DNA of 64,000 nt, taken from Anthoceros angustus. Lineage: Eukaryota; Plantae; Anthocerotophyta. The stretch is taken from the NCBI GenBank assembly GCA_010909165.1, contig VJWM01000019.1, positions 1,488,001 through 1,552,000 of the forward strand, given 5' to 3'. Positions within the stretch are counted from its first letter, which is position 1; every line of letters starts with the position of its first letter. Below are positions 36,935 through 47,900 of the stretch, one piece after another. Below the pieces are notes generated by a model, which had not been told where the DNA came from, did not search any database, and was given only the letters and a program-made list of their open reading frames with translations. The translations under genes and the position numbers were made by a program.

Positions 36935-39045
36935 TTATTGAGGTGAAAAAACGATGGGAAAAGCCCATCTAGGAGGGGACAACCGAAGGGGACCAGGGGG
37001 TCGAGGTGAAGAGGAGCAACTGAGCTCCCTACCTAAAGTCACCCATCACCCACAATGTCATATGCGGGAAGAATAAGCGGCACGCAAACCACGGAGGTAG
37101 AGGAAGATCGTCACCCTCGCCGCCTTGTGGAGGATCACCGTTGAGAGCGCCCATTGAAGGGCAATTGAAACCCGTTGTCGGAAGTATGTGGCACGAGAGG
37201 GACACCCTCAAGACCGTTCACGCATGGTAAGCTTTGGCACAAGACTTGACAAATTTGTCAAAGTCCTCAGCCATTGCCCATAAGTTTCTAGTGCAAGCGG
37301 AATAAAGAGGTGGCCCACTTGCATCCTGCTATATTTGCGGACCTTGAGAGCCGCTACTCCGGCAGTAGCCCAACCTGGACGGTTAGTAATGACCTGAGCG
37401 GAGATAGTGTCTCTGTAGGATCGGTAACCACCACATCAGCCACCGAAACCTGGTCGCCACGGACAAGGTACAGGTCACCCTGATTGAACGACCTATACGG
37501 AGAGTATACACCCGCTCCCTCCAGGCCATGTAGCCGCTTTCGCGAGCGATGGCAAATATGACATCACGGATGGCGTCATGAGTGGCAATGCGATGACCCC
37601 CATGGGGACAACGAGCAAGGTTTTAATCATCGAGGCGAGCCGCACTGCAAGTAAGGAGGCGAAGAAGCCACAGTGGGCGAGGCCAAGACAGAATCGCATC
37701 GCAATGGTGAAGGTGGTTGGTGCGATGTGAAAACCCCGTATGCATGGGTGGGCCAATAGCCAAGCACCTGCACCCTTCCAGAACAAGAGCGGAGCCGCAT
37801 TCTTGTGGACCTGGGGATGGAGGGGTCTAGGAGGACTGGCTTTGGCGCTCGGCAGGATGCAACCCCTTGAAACCATCAGTAATAAATGTCGAGAAAGGAG
37901 GAAGTCCACGAGCATCCACTGATAACATGTCCCTAGCTTGCCTTAAGGACGTTTGGAGAGAAGGTTCCCTCCTCCACACGTCGAGATCCTCGAAAGGCCT
38001 CATGGAGGATGAACCGAGAAGCCAAAGCAGGGGCATAGAGGGCCCAACTGCCTAGGAAAGCTGCCGAGGAAGAGACCTCTAGTGAGAGCAGACCTATGCC
38101 TCCAAATTGCACAAGTACGGACGCTTGCCAGCGGGCCACATCGCCCATAGGGCATTCAAAAGCCCCTAAGCCCAGGATGTCCCCAAGAGTATCCATAATC
38201 TTCCTATCAAACCGCCGTAGCCGGGACAAAAGTGTCGAGGACGGAGGTAGCGTACGGATGAGGTAACCAGGGCGCCTAGCAAAACAGGAGGAAAGAATTC
38301 CAAAGGCCACCTGTGTATCCTCCAGCAAAGTGAGGTCCTCGACATGGGAAAGATTCTCAGCGAGAGCCTGGTCCAGGAAGCTCCCGATGAAGTCAGGGGA
38401 ACCAAAGGGGACCCCTAGAATCTGCAGTCCCAAAGCTGGAGCAATCTTCCCCACGGAACCGTAAAGTAGGTAGAATCCCGACAGAGACTGGACATTGCAT
38501 TTGGATGCCTTGACCTTCAAGCCCACCAAAGAAATGAGAGAAGAGCTTAAAGGCCTCCTTCACTTTGTCCCAGGCCGAGGATGTGAGAGTCGTCACAAAT
38601 GGCGGAAGACACAACATACTGAGAAGGCGGCCCTAGATAGGGCCCTATAGTGAGCAATGGCGAAGAGAGCACCGCCTGGGGTCGCCTGGGTACGTGGCCG
38701 ATTCAAGGCAGAGACAACAAATCCACGAAGAGGCGTTCTTGTCTTTGGTAGTAGAGGTTGGAGGACCTCCTGTAGAAGCACCGGACAAAAGGTATAAGGC
38801 TCCCCATGACGCCGCCAGCATCCCTAAGCTCCTTGAAGATGACGCTCCTAGAAATGGTATTGAAGGCGTTCTCGACATCAACCAATAAGACTACCCACTC
38901 CGGGTGGGTATCAAGGCATGCCTTCATTCCAAGCACCACAGACTTACAGCCCCTCGGAGTGGCAATGCCAAATTGAAGGGGGGTTGAGGTGCTGCTGGAG
39001 AAGAGAGCGGCAATGAAGGGCAATAGTGCGGCTAACTAGTTCTAA
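36935..39045 (-). mobile_element. 5'-truncated, frameshifted non-LTR retrotransposon of CRE type (RT + CCHC knuckle + restriction-like endonuclease)
   Basis: Broken frames give HLNPLQFGIATPRGC, LVDVENAFNTISR, GTRQ..GGALFAIAH, GLQILGVPFGS, GGIGL, then THDAIRDVIFAIARESG, QGDLY..ADVVVTDP, LKVRKY..FIPLALETYGQW. AATAAA on the minus strand near 36937. Confidence 0.85.
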
Positions 39046-39899
39046 CTAGTTCGTGTTTTCCTAAACTACCTGTTTCTATTATGGTGTAGTTGTCTTCTTC
39101 TACCAACATTTCATTTTCCATGAGTTCTCAGCTCATGCTTGCGAGTTCTTATTTTTCCCAACTAGATGATCAATTGTATCCAATTTCCCAAGTGTCAATA
39201 TTCTTTCTTAACAATAAATTCAACTCTCTAATATAAAAGATGTACTCCCAATGTAAAATTCAACATAGATACCAAATTTCTCAAATGAATTTACCATTTT
39301 CCAAGTGGAGTCCAGTTTTCCCAAGTGGATACATGTAGCTTTATGGATTGTTAAATAGATCCATGACTTCTCAAGTACATTTAGAACCTATTACGTAATA
39401 ATTATTCTCCCAACAAAAAAAAACTACTTTGAGAGTAAACGTTCATTTTCTGAATTCTTCCCAACAAGACTACTCATTTCCTCAACAATAAAGTCAATCT
39501 TCCCCACACCACGACCCAACTTGCCAAGTGATTTATCAACTTAACAACTTTAAATATCTTTTGAGATTAAAAATGCCCAACTTCTCTTCGGCATGCACAT
39601 TTCCCCAAAGAAATTACCATATTCTCATTTTAAGGCGTATGTTGCTAACTCACTTGCCCATGTTTCACGTATGTTCCTAGCAAGGTTGGGTGCATTTAGT
39701 GACATTGCTAAGGTTCCCAATGAGGTGTATAATGTTTCCAAAGAAATTGTTTACATTCCCAATCAGATTGGAAATATTTCCAATGAGGTTGCAAATGTTC
39801 GGAATCGGGTCATTGACGTAGTCAATGTTCCCAACTCTATAGGTAATCTCCCCAACAGGGTGGCAAATGTTGTGAACTATGTCCAAAGTTAAGAACTAA

Positions 39900-41330
39900 G
39901 TTGCCAATTTTCCAAGTTCTCCATGTTGCCAACCCAAGGCTGCCCAATATTCCGCCAATTTTCCAAGCCGGTTCTCCTGTTGCCCACCTAGTACCGATAT
40001 TCAGTGGCTTGCCAAGTTTCTAAGCCAGGTTCTCCAAGTTGCCAACCCAGTGCCTGATATTTTGAACAAGGTTGCCAATTTTCCAAGCCCGAGTTCTCCA
40101 TGTTGCCAACCCAGTGCCCGATATTCCGAACTGGCTTGCCAATTTTCCAAGCCGGGTTCTCCATGTTGCCAACCTAGTGCCCGATATTCCGAACTGGGTT
40201 GCCTATAGTGTTAATCAGTGACTGATATTCTAAACTAAATTGTCATAATTTCCAACTAGGTTGACCGTTTTGTCAACTGCGTTGTCATCGTTCATCGTGT
40301 GGCCCAGGTTTTGAACTGATTGCCACAAATTTCCACTTGGTTTAACCACCTTGCCAATGCCTTTGCCATCGTTCCCAACTAAATAGCCGGTATTGTAAAC
40401 TCGATTGCCACAATTTGCAACCGGTTAACAATTTTGTCAATCGCCTTACCATCTTTTCCAACCATGTGGCCAATATTGTGAACTAGATTGTCGGGTTGAC
40501 CAGGTTGACCATTTTGCCAATCGCGTTAGCATCTTTTCCAACCATGTGGCCGATATTGTGAACTAGATTGCCGGGTTGACCATTTTGCCATCGTTGTCAT
40601 CGTTCCCAATCGGATGGCCAATATTGTGAACAATGTTGCTCCCTTTCCCAACCGGATAATAAAAGTTACCCTAACTAAAGGAGGAAGTCCTTACGAGCAT
40701 CCACCGATAACATGTCCCTAGCTTGCCTCAGGGCGTTTGGAGAGAAGGTTCCCAATGAGGTGTATAATGTTTCCAAAGAAATTGTTTACATTCCCAATCG
40801 ATTGGAAATATTTCCAATGAGGTTGCAAATGTTGAATCGGGTCATTAGTCAATGTTCCCAACTCTATAGGTAATCTCTCGGTGGCAAATGTTGTGAACTA
40901 TGTCCAAAGTTAAGAACTAAGTTGCCAATTTTCCAAGCCCGAGTTCTCCATGTTTAAACCCAAGGCCCAATATTCCGAACTGGCCATTTTCCAAGCCGGG
41001 TTCTCCGTGTTGCCCACCTAGTACCCGATATTCCGAACTGGCTTGCCAAGTTTCTAAGCCAGGTTCTCCAAGTTGCCAACCCAGTGCCTGATATTTTGAA
41101 CAAGGTTGCCAATTTTCCAAGCCCGAGTTCTCCATGTTGCCAACCCGATTGCGATATTCCGGGCGGCTTGCCAATGCCTTTGCCATCGCTTCCCAACAAA
41201 AAAAACTACTTTGAGAGTAAAGCGTTCATTTTCCAAGCCGGGTTCTCCATGTTGCCAACCCTAGTGCCGATATTGTGAACTATGTCCAAAGTTAAGAACT
41301 AAGTTGCCAACCCTAGTGCCGATATTCAAC
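39900..41330. repeat. 63-bp (3 x 21) minisatellite, several runs (39900-40205, 40920-41150; more at 41540-41850 and 43990-44100)
   Basis: Unit CCAATTTTCCAAGCCGGGTTCTCCATGTTGCCAACCTAGTGCCCGATATTCCGAACTGGGTTG; the minus-strand consensus reads in heptads such as IGKPVRN-IGHWVGN-MENPAWK. Confidence 0.9.
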
Positions 41331-42232
41331 TGGGTTGCCTATAGTGAGCAAAAGATAGAGATGGGGTGGGTCGTCAAACAAAGAAATTCCCTCGTGCCCA
41401 CGGCCGGTGCTTTACAACCACCAAAGGATGGTCTTGAACCTCTCAAAATACTACTCCGGCACCTCAATTAGCACATCAACCAATATTGTGAACTAGATTG
41501 CGGGTTGACCGGGTTGACCATTTTGCCAATCGCGTTAGCATCTTTTCCAAGCCCGAGTTCTCCAAGTTGCCAACCCTAGTGCCGATATTGTGAACTAGAT
41601 TGCGGGTTGACCGGGTTGACCATTTTGCCAATCGCGTTAGCATCTTTTCCAACCATGTGGCCGATATTCCGGGCGGCTTGCCAAGTTTCTAAGCCAGTTC
41701 TCCATGTTGCCAACCCTAGTGCCGATATTGTGAACTAGATTGTCGGGTTGACCATTTTGCCAATCGCGTTAGCATCTTTTCCAAGCCCGAGTTCTCCAAG
41801 TTGCCAATTTTCCAAGCCCGAGTTCTCCATGTTGCCAACCGGATAATAAAAGTTACCCTAACTAAAGGAGGATATTTTGTACGAGATGGATGTTGAGCGG
41901 AGGGTTCTCCCTCAACCACTCGTACCAAGGAGGGTTCAATTCTTGCCTCCTCCAGTTCTTCAGCTTTAAGAACCTCCTCCCTATGGTACAAATGAATTAG
42001 GTAGGTAGAGGTGAAGCTGAACTTTGCCTCGTCTCATGTGGATTGGTTCCTATGAGCAACAACCTGCTCAAATAGGATGCTTGCCCAATCTATCAACTTT
42101 CCTTGGGACATCTCCTAAACCATCATGAGGTGAGAGTTCCCACGTAGGTCTTTCCAGCCGCACAAATGAGCCCTAGCCAAATCTTAGCAACGAAGTTCCA
42201 CTTGTACTCCTTAAACATGGACACCCTCCAGC

Positions 42233-42620
42233 CAGGGTGTCATTTTGACCTGCCAGCTCGGTCCGGTCATGTGTTAAAAACATGGGACGAGAGGTTCTTC
42301 AGAGTCCGATGCACCTCGGTCCCCTATTTTTTGGGGCGAGGGTTCCTCGTCCGGTTTAAAATTAGTAAATTACTTAATTTTATATCCAAGGATTTATATT
42401 TATTATGGACACATGGACCCACCTTATAATTGGTATGGTCATAAAGACACTTACCATGGATCTATGGACCGTGTATTTTTATATTATTATTTATAAATTA
42501 TTTATTTAATATTATTATATTTAGTGACCAAGGGTCAAAAACCGTCCACTCGGTCCGAGACCGAGTGTAGAGCTAAGCGGTCCGGGGATTGAGATAGTAC
42601 TCGGTCAAAATGACACCACC
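42233..42620 (-). mobile_element. hAT-like MITE copy with intact left TIR and left TSD
   Basis: CCTCCAGC (42225-42232) immediately precedes CAGGGTGTCATTTTGACC; the body is the reverse complement of 6176-6623. Confidence 0.8.
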
Positions 42621-43100
42621 TCAGTAGTTCCATGGGACCAAACTTCCTCCTTAGACCGTAGGAACATTTCCATAACCGCTTAGAAATATGGCTTTGAGAA
42701 TTGTGCGGATGGGAGATCTCGTCCTTATCGGGATCAAGTAGGTCTGCTTGAAAGTGCTACACCTTCCACATCCACAGGTGGCTCGATAGTCGCATCTTCT
42801 TGGATTTTTAATCTTCCTAGTAGCTCTCAATTGACAAACACACTCATATACTAATGCGGGACTTGAGAATGTCATCATAGCACAAGGTATAGCCATTCCA
42901 TCTTCAACTCCTCAACAATAAAAGTCAATCTTCCCCACACCACGACCAACTTGCCAAGTGATTTATCAACTTTCCTTGGGACATCTCCTAAACCATCATG
43001 AGGTGAGAGTTCCCACGTAGGTCTTTCCGGCCGCACAAATGAGCCTAGCCAAATCTTAGCGAAGTTCCACTTGTACTCCTTAAACATGGACACCCTCCGG

Positions 43101-43481
43101 CCGGTGTCATTTTGACCCAGCTCGGTCCGGTCCCCTGCATGTGTTAAAAACATGGGACGAGAGGTTCTTCAGAGTCCGATGCACCTCGGTCCCCTATTTT
43201 TTGGAGGGTTCATAAAGGTCCGGTTTAAAATTAGTAAATTACTTATATCCAAGGATTTATATTTATTATGGACACATGGACCCACCTTATAATTGGTATG
43301 GTCATAAAGACACTTACCATGGATCTATGGACCGTGTATTTTTATATTATTATTTATAAATTATTTATTTAATATTATTATATTTAGTGACCCATACCTG
43401 CAGTCTGCTCGGTCCAGGGGAGTGTAGCCAGGCTAGGCGGTCCCGGGGATTGAGATAGTACTCGGTCAAAATGACACCCTG
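43101..43481 (-). mobile_element. hAT-like MITE copy with intact right TIR and right TSD
   Basis: GGTCAAAATGACACCCTG ends at 43481 and is followed by CCTCCAGC (43482-43489); same flanks as the 42233 copy. Confidence 0.8.
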
Positions 43482-44909
43482 CCTCCAGCCGTTCCCATGG
43501 GACCAAACTTCCTCCTTAGACCGTAGGAACATTTCCATAACCGCTTCCGAAATATGACGCTTTGAGAATTGTGCAGATGGGAGATCTCGTCCTTGTGCGC
43601 TTCTGGGATCAAGTAGGTCTGCTGAAAGTGCTACACCTTCCACATCCCTGGGTGGCTCCTGATAGTCGCATCTTCTTGGATTTTTTAATCTTCCCTAGTA
43701 GCTCTCAATTGACAAACACACTCATATACTAGTACGGGACTTGAGAATGTCATCATAGCACAAGGTATAGCCATTCCATCTTCAACTCCTCAACATATCT
43801 CTCGCAAGCATCCAAATCTCGAGGTGATATTTGGATGGGTTTGCATTCCCAATCAGATTGGAAATATTTCCAATGAGGTTGCAAATGTTCGGAATCGGGT
43901 CATTGACGTAGTCAATGTTCCCAACTCTATAGGTAATCTCCCCAACAGGGTGGCAAATGTTGTGAACTATGTCCAAAGTTAAGAACTAAGTTGCCAATTT
44001 TCCAAGCCGGGTTCTCCATGTTGCCAACCCAGTGCCCAATATTCCGAACTGGCCTGCCAATTTTCCAAGCCGGGTTCTCCGTGTTGCCCACCTAGTACCG
44101 ATATTTGGATGGGTTTGTACATTCAAACTCGGGCATGGGGTTTTCTTCCCTTGCCTCTCTTTGGGAGGTAGGACGCATGGATTTCCTGCCCTTGTAGGTG
44201 GGAGTACCTTCCCTTCTCACAATCTTCACCATCTGCACGTTGAGCACACAAGAATAGCGGTATTGTAAACTCGATTGCCACAATTTGCAACCGGTTAACA
44301 ATTTTGTCAATCGCCTTACCATCTTTTCCAACCATGTGGCCAATATTGTGAACTAGATTGTCGGGTTGACCAGGTTGACCATTTTGCCAATCGCGTTAGC
44401 ATCTTTTCCAACCATGTGGCCGATATTGTGAACTAGATTGCCGGGTTGACCATTTTGCCCACTGCGTTGTCATCGTTCCCAATCGGATGGCCAATATTGT
44501 GAACAATGTTGCTCCCTTTCCCAACCGGATAATAAAAGTTACCCTAACTAAAGGAGGATATTTTGTACGAGATGGATGTTGAGCGGAGGGTTCTCCCTCA
44601 ACCACTCGTACCAAGGAGGGTTCAATTCTTGCCTCCTCCAGTTCTTCAGCTTTAAGAACCTCCTCCCTATGGTACAAATGAATTAGGTAGGTAGAGGTGA
44701 AGTCAACTTTGCCTCGTCTCATGTGGATTGGTTCCTATGAGCAACAACCGCTCAAAATAGGATGCTTGCCCAATCTATCAACTTTCCTTGGGACATCTCC
44801 TAAACCATCATGAGGTGAGAGTTCCCACGTAGGTCTTTCCAGCACAAATGAGCCCTAGCCAAATCTTAGCGAAGTTCCACTTGTACTCCTTAAACATGGA
44901 CACCCTCCG

Positions 44910-47900
44910 GCCGGTGGAGGAGATTGGGGGTGTAGTTCTAGAGCCCCTCAAGGTGAAAGGGAAGGTGGAAGCGGGCGGCGATCTTGAGGCCGAGGACCCC
45001 GTGGTCCAATGGTGGTGATGTCGGACCCTCTTTGGATGATAGGCGGTGGCTAAGGTCATTGTCCATTGGAACATGCTCACCAAGGTGGATCACCTTGGTG
45101 ATAATCTGAGTGTTCACCGCGCCCTCTGACAGGCAAGCGGGCCGATTAAGGCGAATCATCTCGCTGGGATCGATTGAAGCGAGGAAGCTCCGGGCGAGCG
45201 CCTCCGTCGGCGTTGTCCCCTTCCTTATCCATGTGTGGGGCACCTCAACCTCCTAAAGGAAGGAGAGAGGAGGCGGGCGCTCGGAAAGGCGGGCGGCACT
45301 CGGGAGGCAGGAAGGGTGAAGGCGCGGAGGCCAGCCCAAGGCTGACAGGTCCGGGAGGAAGATGATTGGGAGGGATTCGGACTCCATTCATTTGAGCGGA
45401 CACCCTCACGAGAGGTATGGGAGGATATCCCGCCTCCTCCTTACAGTTCGGATGCAGGCTGGCCGTAGGTGCACCAGGAAGGAGGCGCTCGCGGCCTTTG
45501 TCGTGACCACATGCAACCCAGCCACGCGGGGGGCAAGCGAACAGCGATCAAGAGGCGAAGGTGGCTCCCCGCAGCGCCAGGCGCACCGGTGCCTCTGCCT
45601 GCCTGCGCCCCGCGGAGTGGCGGAGGAGGCGATAAGGCGGCCCGGAGAGGGCCCAAGGCGGGGGGCCAGCGGCGGCCATCGGGCCCTGTCTCCGACGGGG
45701 AGAGGAAGCAGCTAGCTCCACGAACTCCCTCACCACCTCCTGTAGTTCCCATGGGACCAAACTTCCTCCTTAGACCGTAGGAACATTTCCATAACCGCTT
45801 AGAAATATGACGCTTTGAGAATTGTGCGGATGGGAGATCTCGTCCTTATTCGGGATCAAGTAGGTCTGCTTGAAAGTGCTACACCTTCCACATCCACAGG
45901 TGGCTCGATAGTCGCATCTTCTTGGATTTTTAATCTTCCTAGTAGCTCTCAATTGACAAACACACTCCTTATACTAATGCGGGACTTGAGAATGTCATCA
46001 TAGCACAAGGTATAGCCATTCCATCTTCAACTCCTCAACATATCTCTCGCAAGCATCCAAATCTCGAGGTGATATTTGGATGGGTTTGCATTCAAACTCG
46101 GGCATGGGGTTTTTCTTCCCCTTGCCTCTACTGGGAGGGGTAGGACGCATGGATTTCCTGCCTGCCCCTTAGGTGGGAGTACCTTCCCTTCTCACAATCT
46201 TCACCATCTGCACCAGTTGAGCACACACAAGAATAGCAGTTGGAGAGGGAAAAAAGCAAGCTATCAGACTAAGGAGGAGAGTGAGCAAAAGATAGAGATG
46301 GGGGTGGGTCGTCAAACAAAGAAATTCCCTCGTGCCCCACAGCGCCCAGTGCTTTCGCACAACCACCAAAGGATGGTCTTGAACCTCTCAAAATACTACT
46401 CCAGCACCTCAACCTCCTAAAGGAAGGAGAGAGGAGGCGGGGCGCTCGGAAAGGCGGGCGGCACTCGGGAGGCAGGAAGGGTGAAGGCGCGGAGGCCAGC
46501 CCAAGGCTGACAGGTCCGGGAGGAAGATGATTGGGAGGGATTCGGACTCCATTCATTTGAGCGGACACCCTCACGAGAGGTATGGGAGGATATCCCGCCT
46601 CCTCGCTTACTGTATGACAACGGACTCTCCTTGGGGTTAGGAAATATTTGGGTTTGTTTTTTCGTAGGTATGGAGTGTAAAATAAAGGCGGAAAGGGAGG
46701 AATAAACGGGCGGTACTCGGGGACTACTCGGACTCGGACTCGGGGTAGGTAACGGACCACAGAGCCCCTCAGGAAGACCTCGGACCACGCACCATGATGT
46801 CGGGATAAGTCCGGACCTCACCGGGTCAAAGCAGGATAAGTACGCCAAGTAAAATGGCGAGGAGTTGGGCGTGTTTTACGAGGCCACGTGGGCAGTGCGG
46901 GGAGGAGGCGGGCATGCACGGCGACCAGGACGCGGTTGTCGATGGCCGTTATAGGCGGTATTCATGCTCGTACGTTCGGCGTAAGAGTTAGCCTGTGGCG
47001 TAAGGCAGTAAGCGGAAGCGTAAAGCGGGAGTAGGCCATGCAGACCTCGCGATTCACAGCAGCGGACACTCTCGCTCACGACTACTCCCAGCTCGCGGCA
47101 AGGGTAGACCATTTCTCTTTGTGACCTTCGCGGTTTGAGTCTCTCGCTCACTCCCGCCTCTGGCGCTATCTCTTCGGCACCAGGCACTTTGCACGTCACC
47201 GTGGTTGGGCGTGACGGCGAAGGGGCGGCGTGCGATTATCGCGAGACCTGCCCAGCTCCGGTGACAAACAGGCGAGGGAGACGGACCCGACAAGCCGGAC
47301 AACACGCTCGGCTCCGGATCACCTATAGCGAAGGGAGTCATGAGTGCTCGGCGCATGTGGAAGAGGCAATCCAGCCGTCGACTTGGTTCACCTACTACTA
47401 AGAGCTTCTCAAGGCATTGGACTTCCGGCCTTTGGGCGAGACCTCGGAAGGCTCAGGAAGAGTGGAGGAAGAAGGGCATGGGGGCAGGGGCCTTGGTAGC
47501 CCCATTTGGGGGCAGCCAGCGTGAGAAGAGCCCGCAGGAGGAGGGCGGACGACCAACACGGACACGGAGGTAAGGCAGTAGCAGTCGGGGAGGATAGGGA
47601 CGAGGTCCGAGGAGGTGAGAAGGAGGAAACCAGCGGATCCGAGCCATGGAAGGAGGCCTGAGCGGACCCCTAGTTGGCGGGCAGATGACTGGTAGAGAAG
47701 TGGCACCTCGACATCTTGAGTGGTTTGGACGTTTGACAGCGTCACGCTCGTCGAGAATCGCCCGGAAGATCTTGGCGATTTGCCAATAAGGAGAATGCGC
47801 TCAAGAGCCTAAGGAGGACCCGGAGGTGGTCCATGGAGGTCCCCAGGCGGTATGGCGGCCGGTGGAGGAGGCAGCGGGGACCGCAATCTCCCTCCACGGC

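Larger units (their letters stand above)
39050..46420 (-). mobile_element. Scrambled, duplicated remnants of a retrotransposon accessory-type ORF ending in heptad repeats
   Basis: Reassembled minus-strand pieces: MVKIVRREG (ATG ~46207)..ECKPIQISPRDLDACERYVEELKMEWLY..EMSQGKLIDWASILFERLL..YLIHLYHREEVL. The DWA and xLxHLY motifs resemble accessory ORFs of bryophyte transposons as I recall them. Confidence 0.45.

Noticed and set aside
39900-41330. Possible CRISPR-like array
   Set aside because: Contiguous tandem units with no unique spacers, no cas genes, eukaryotic context.
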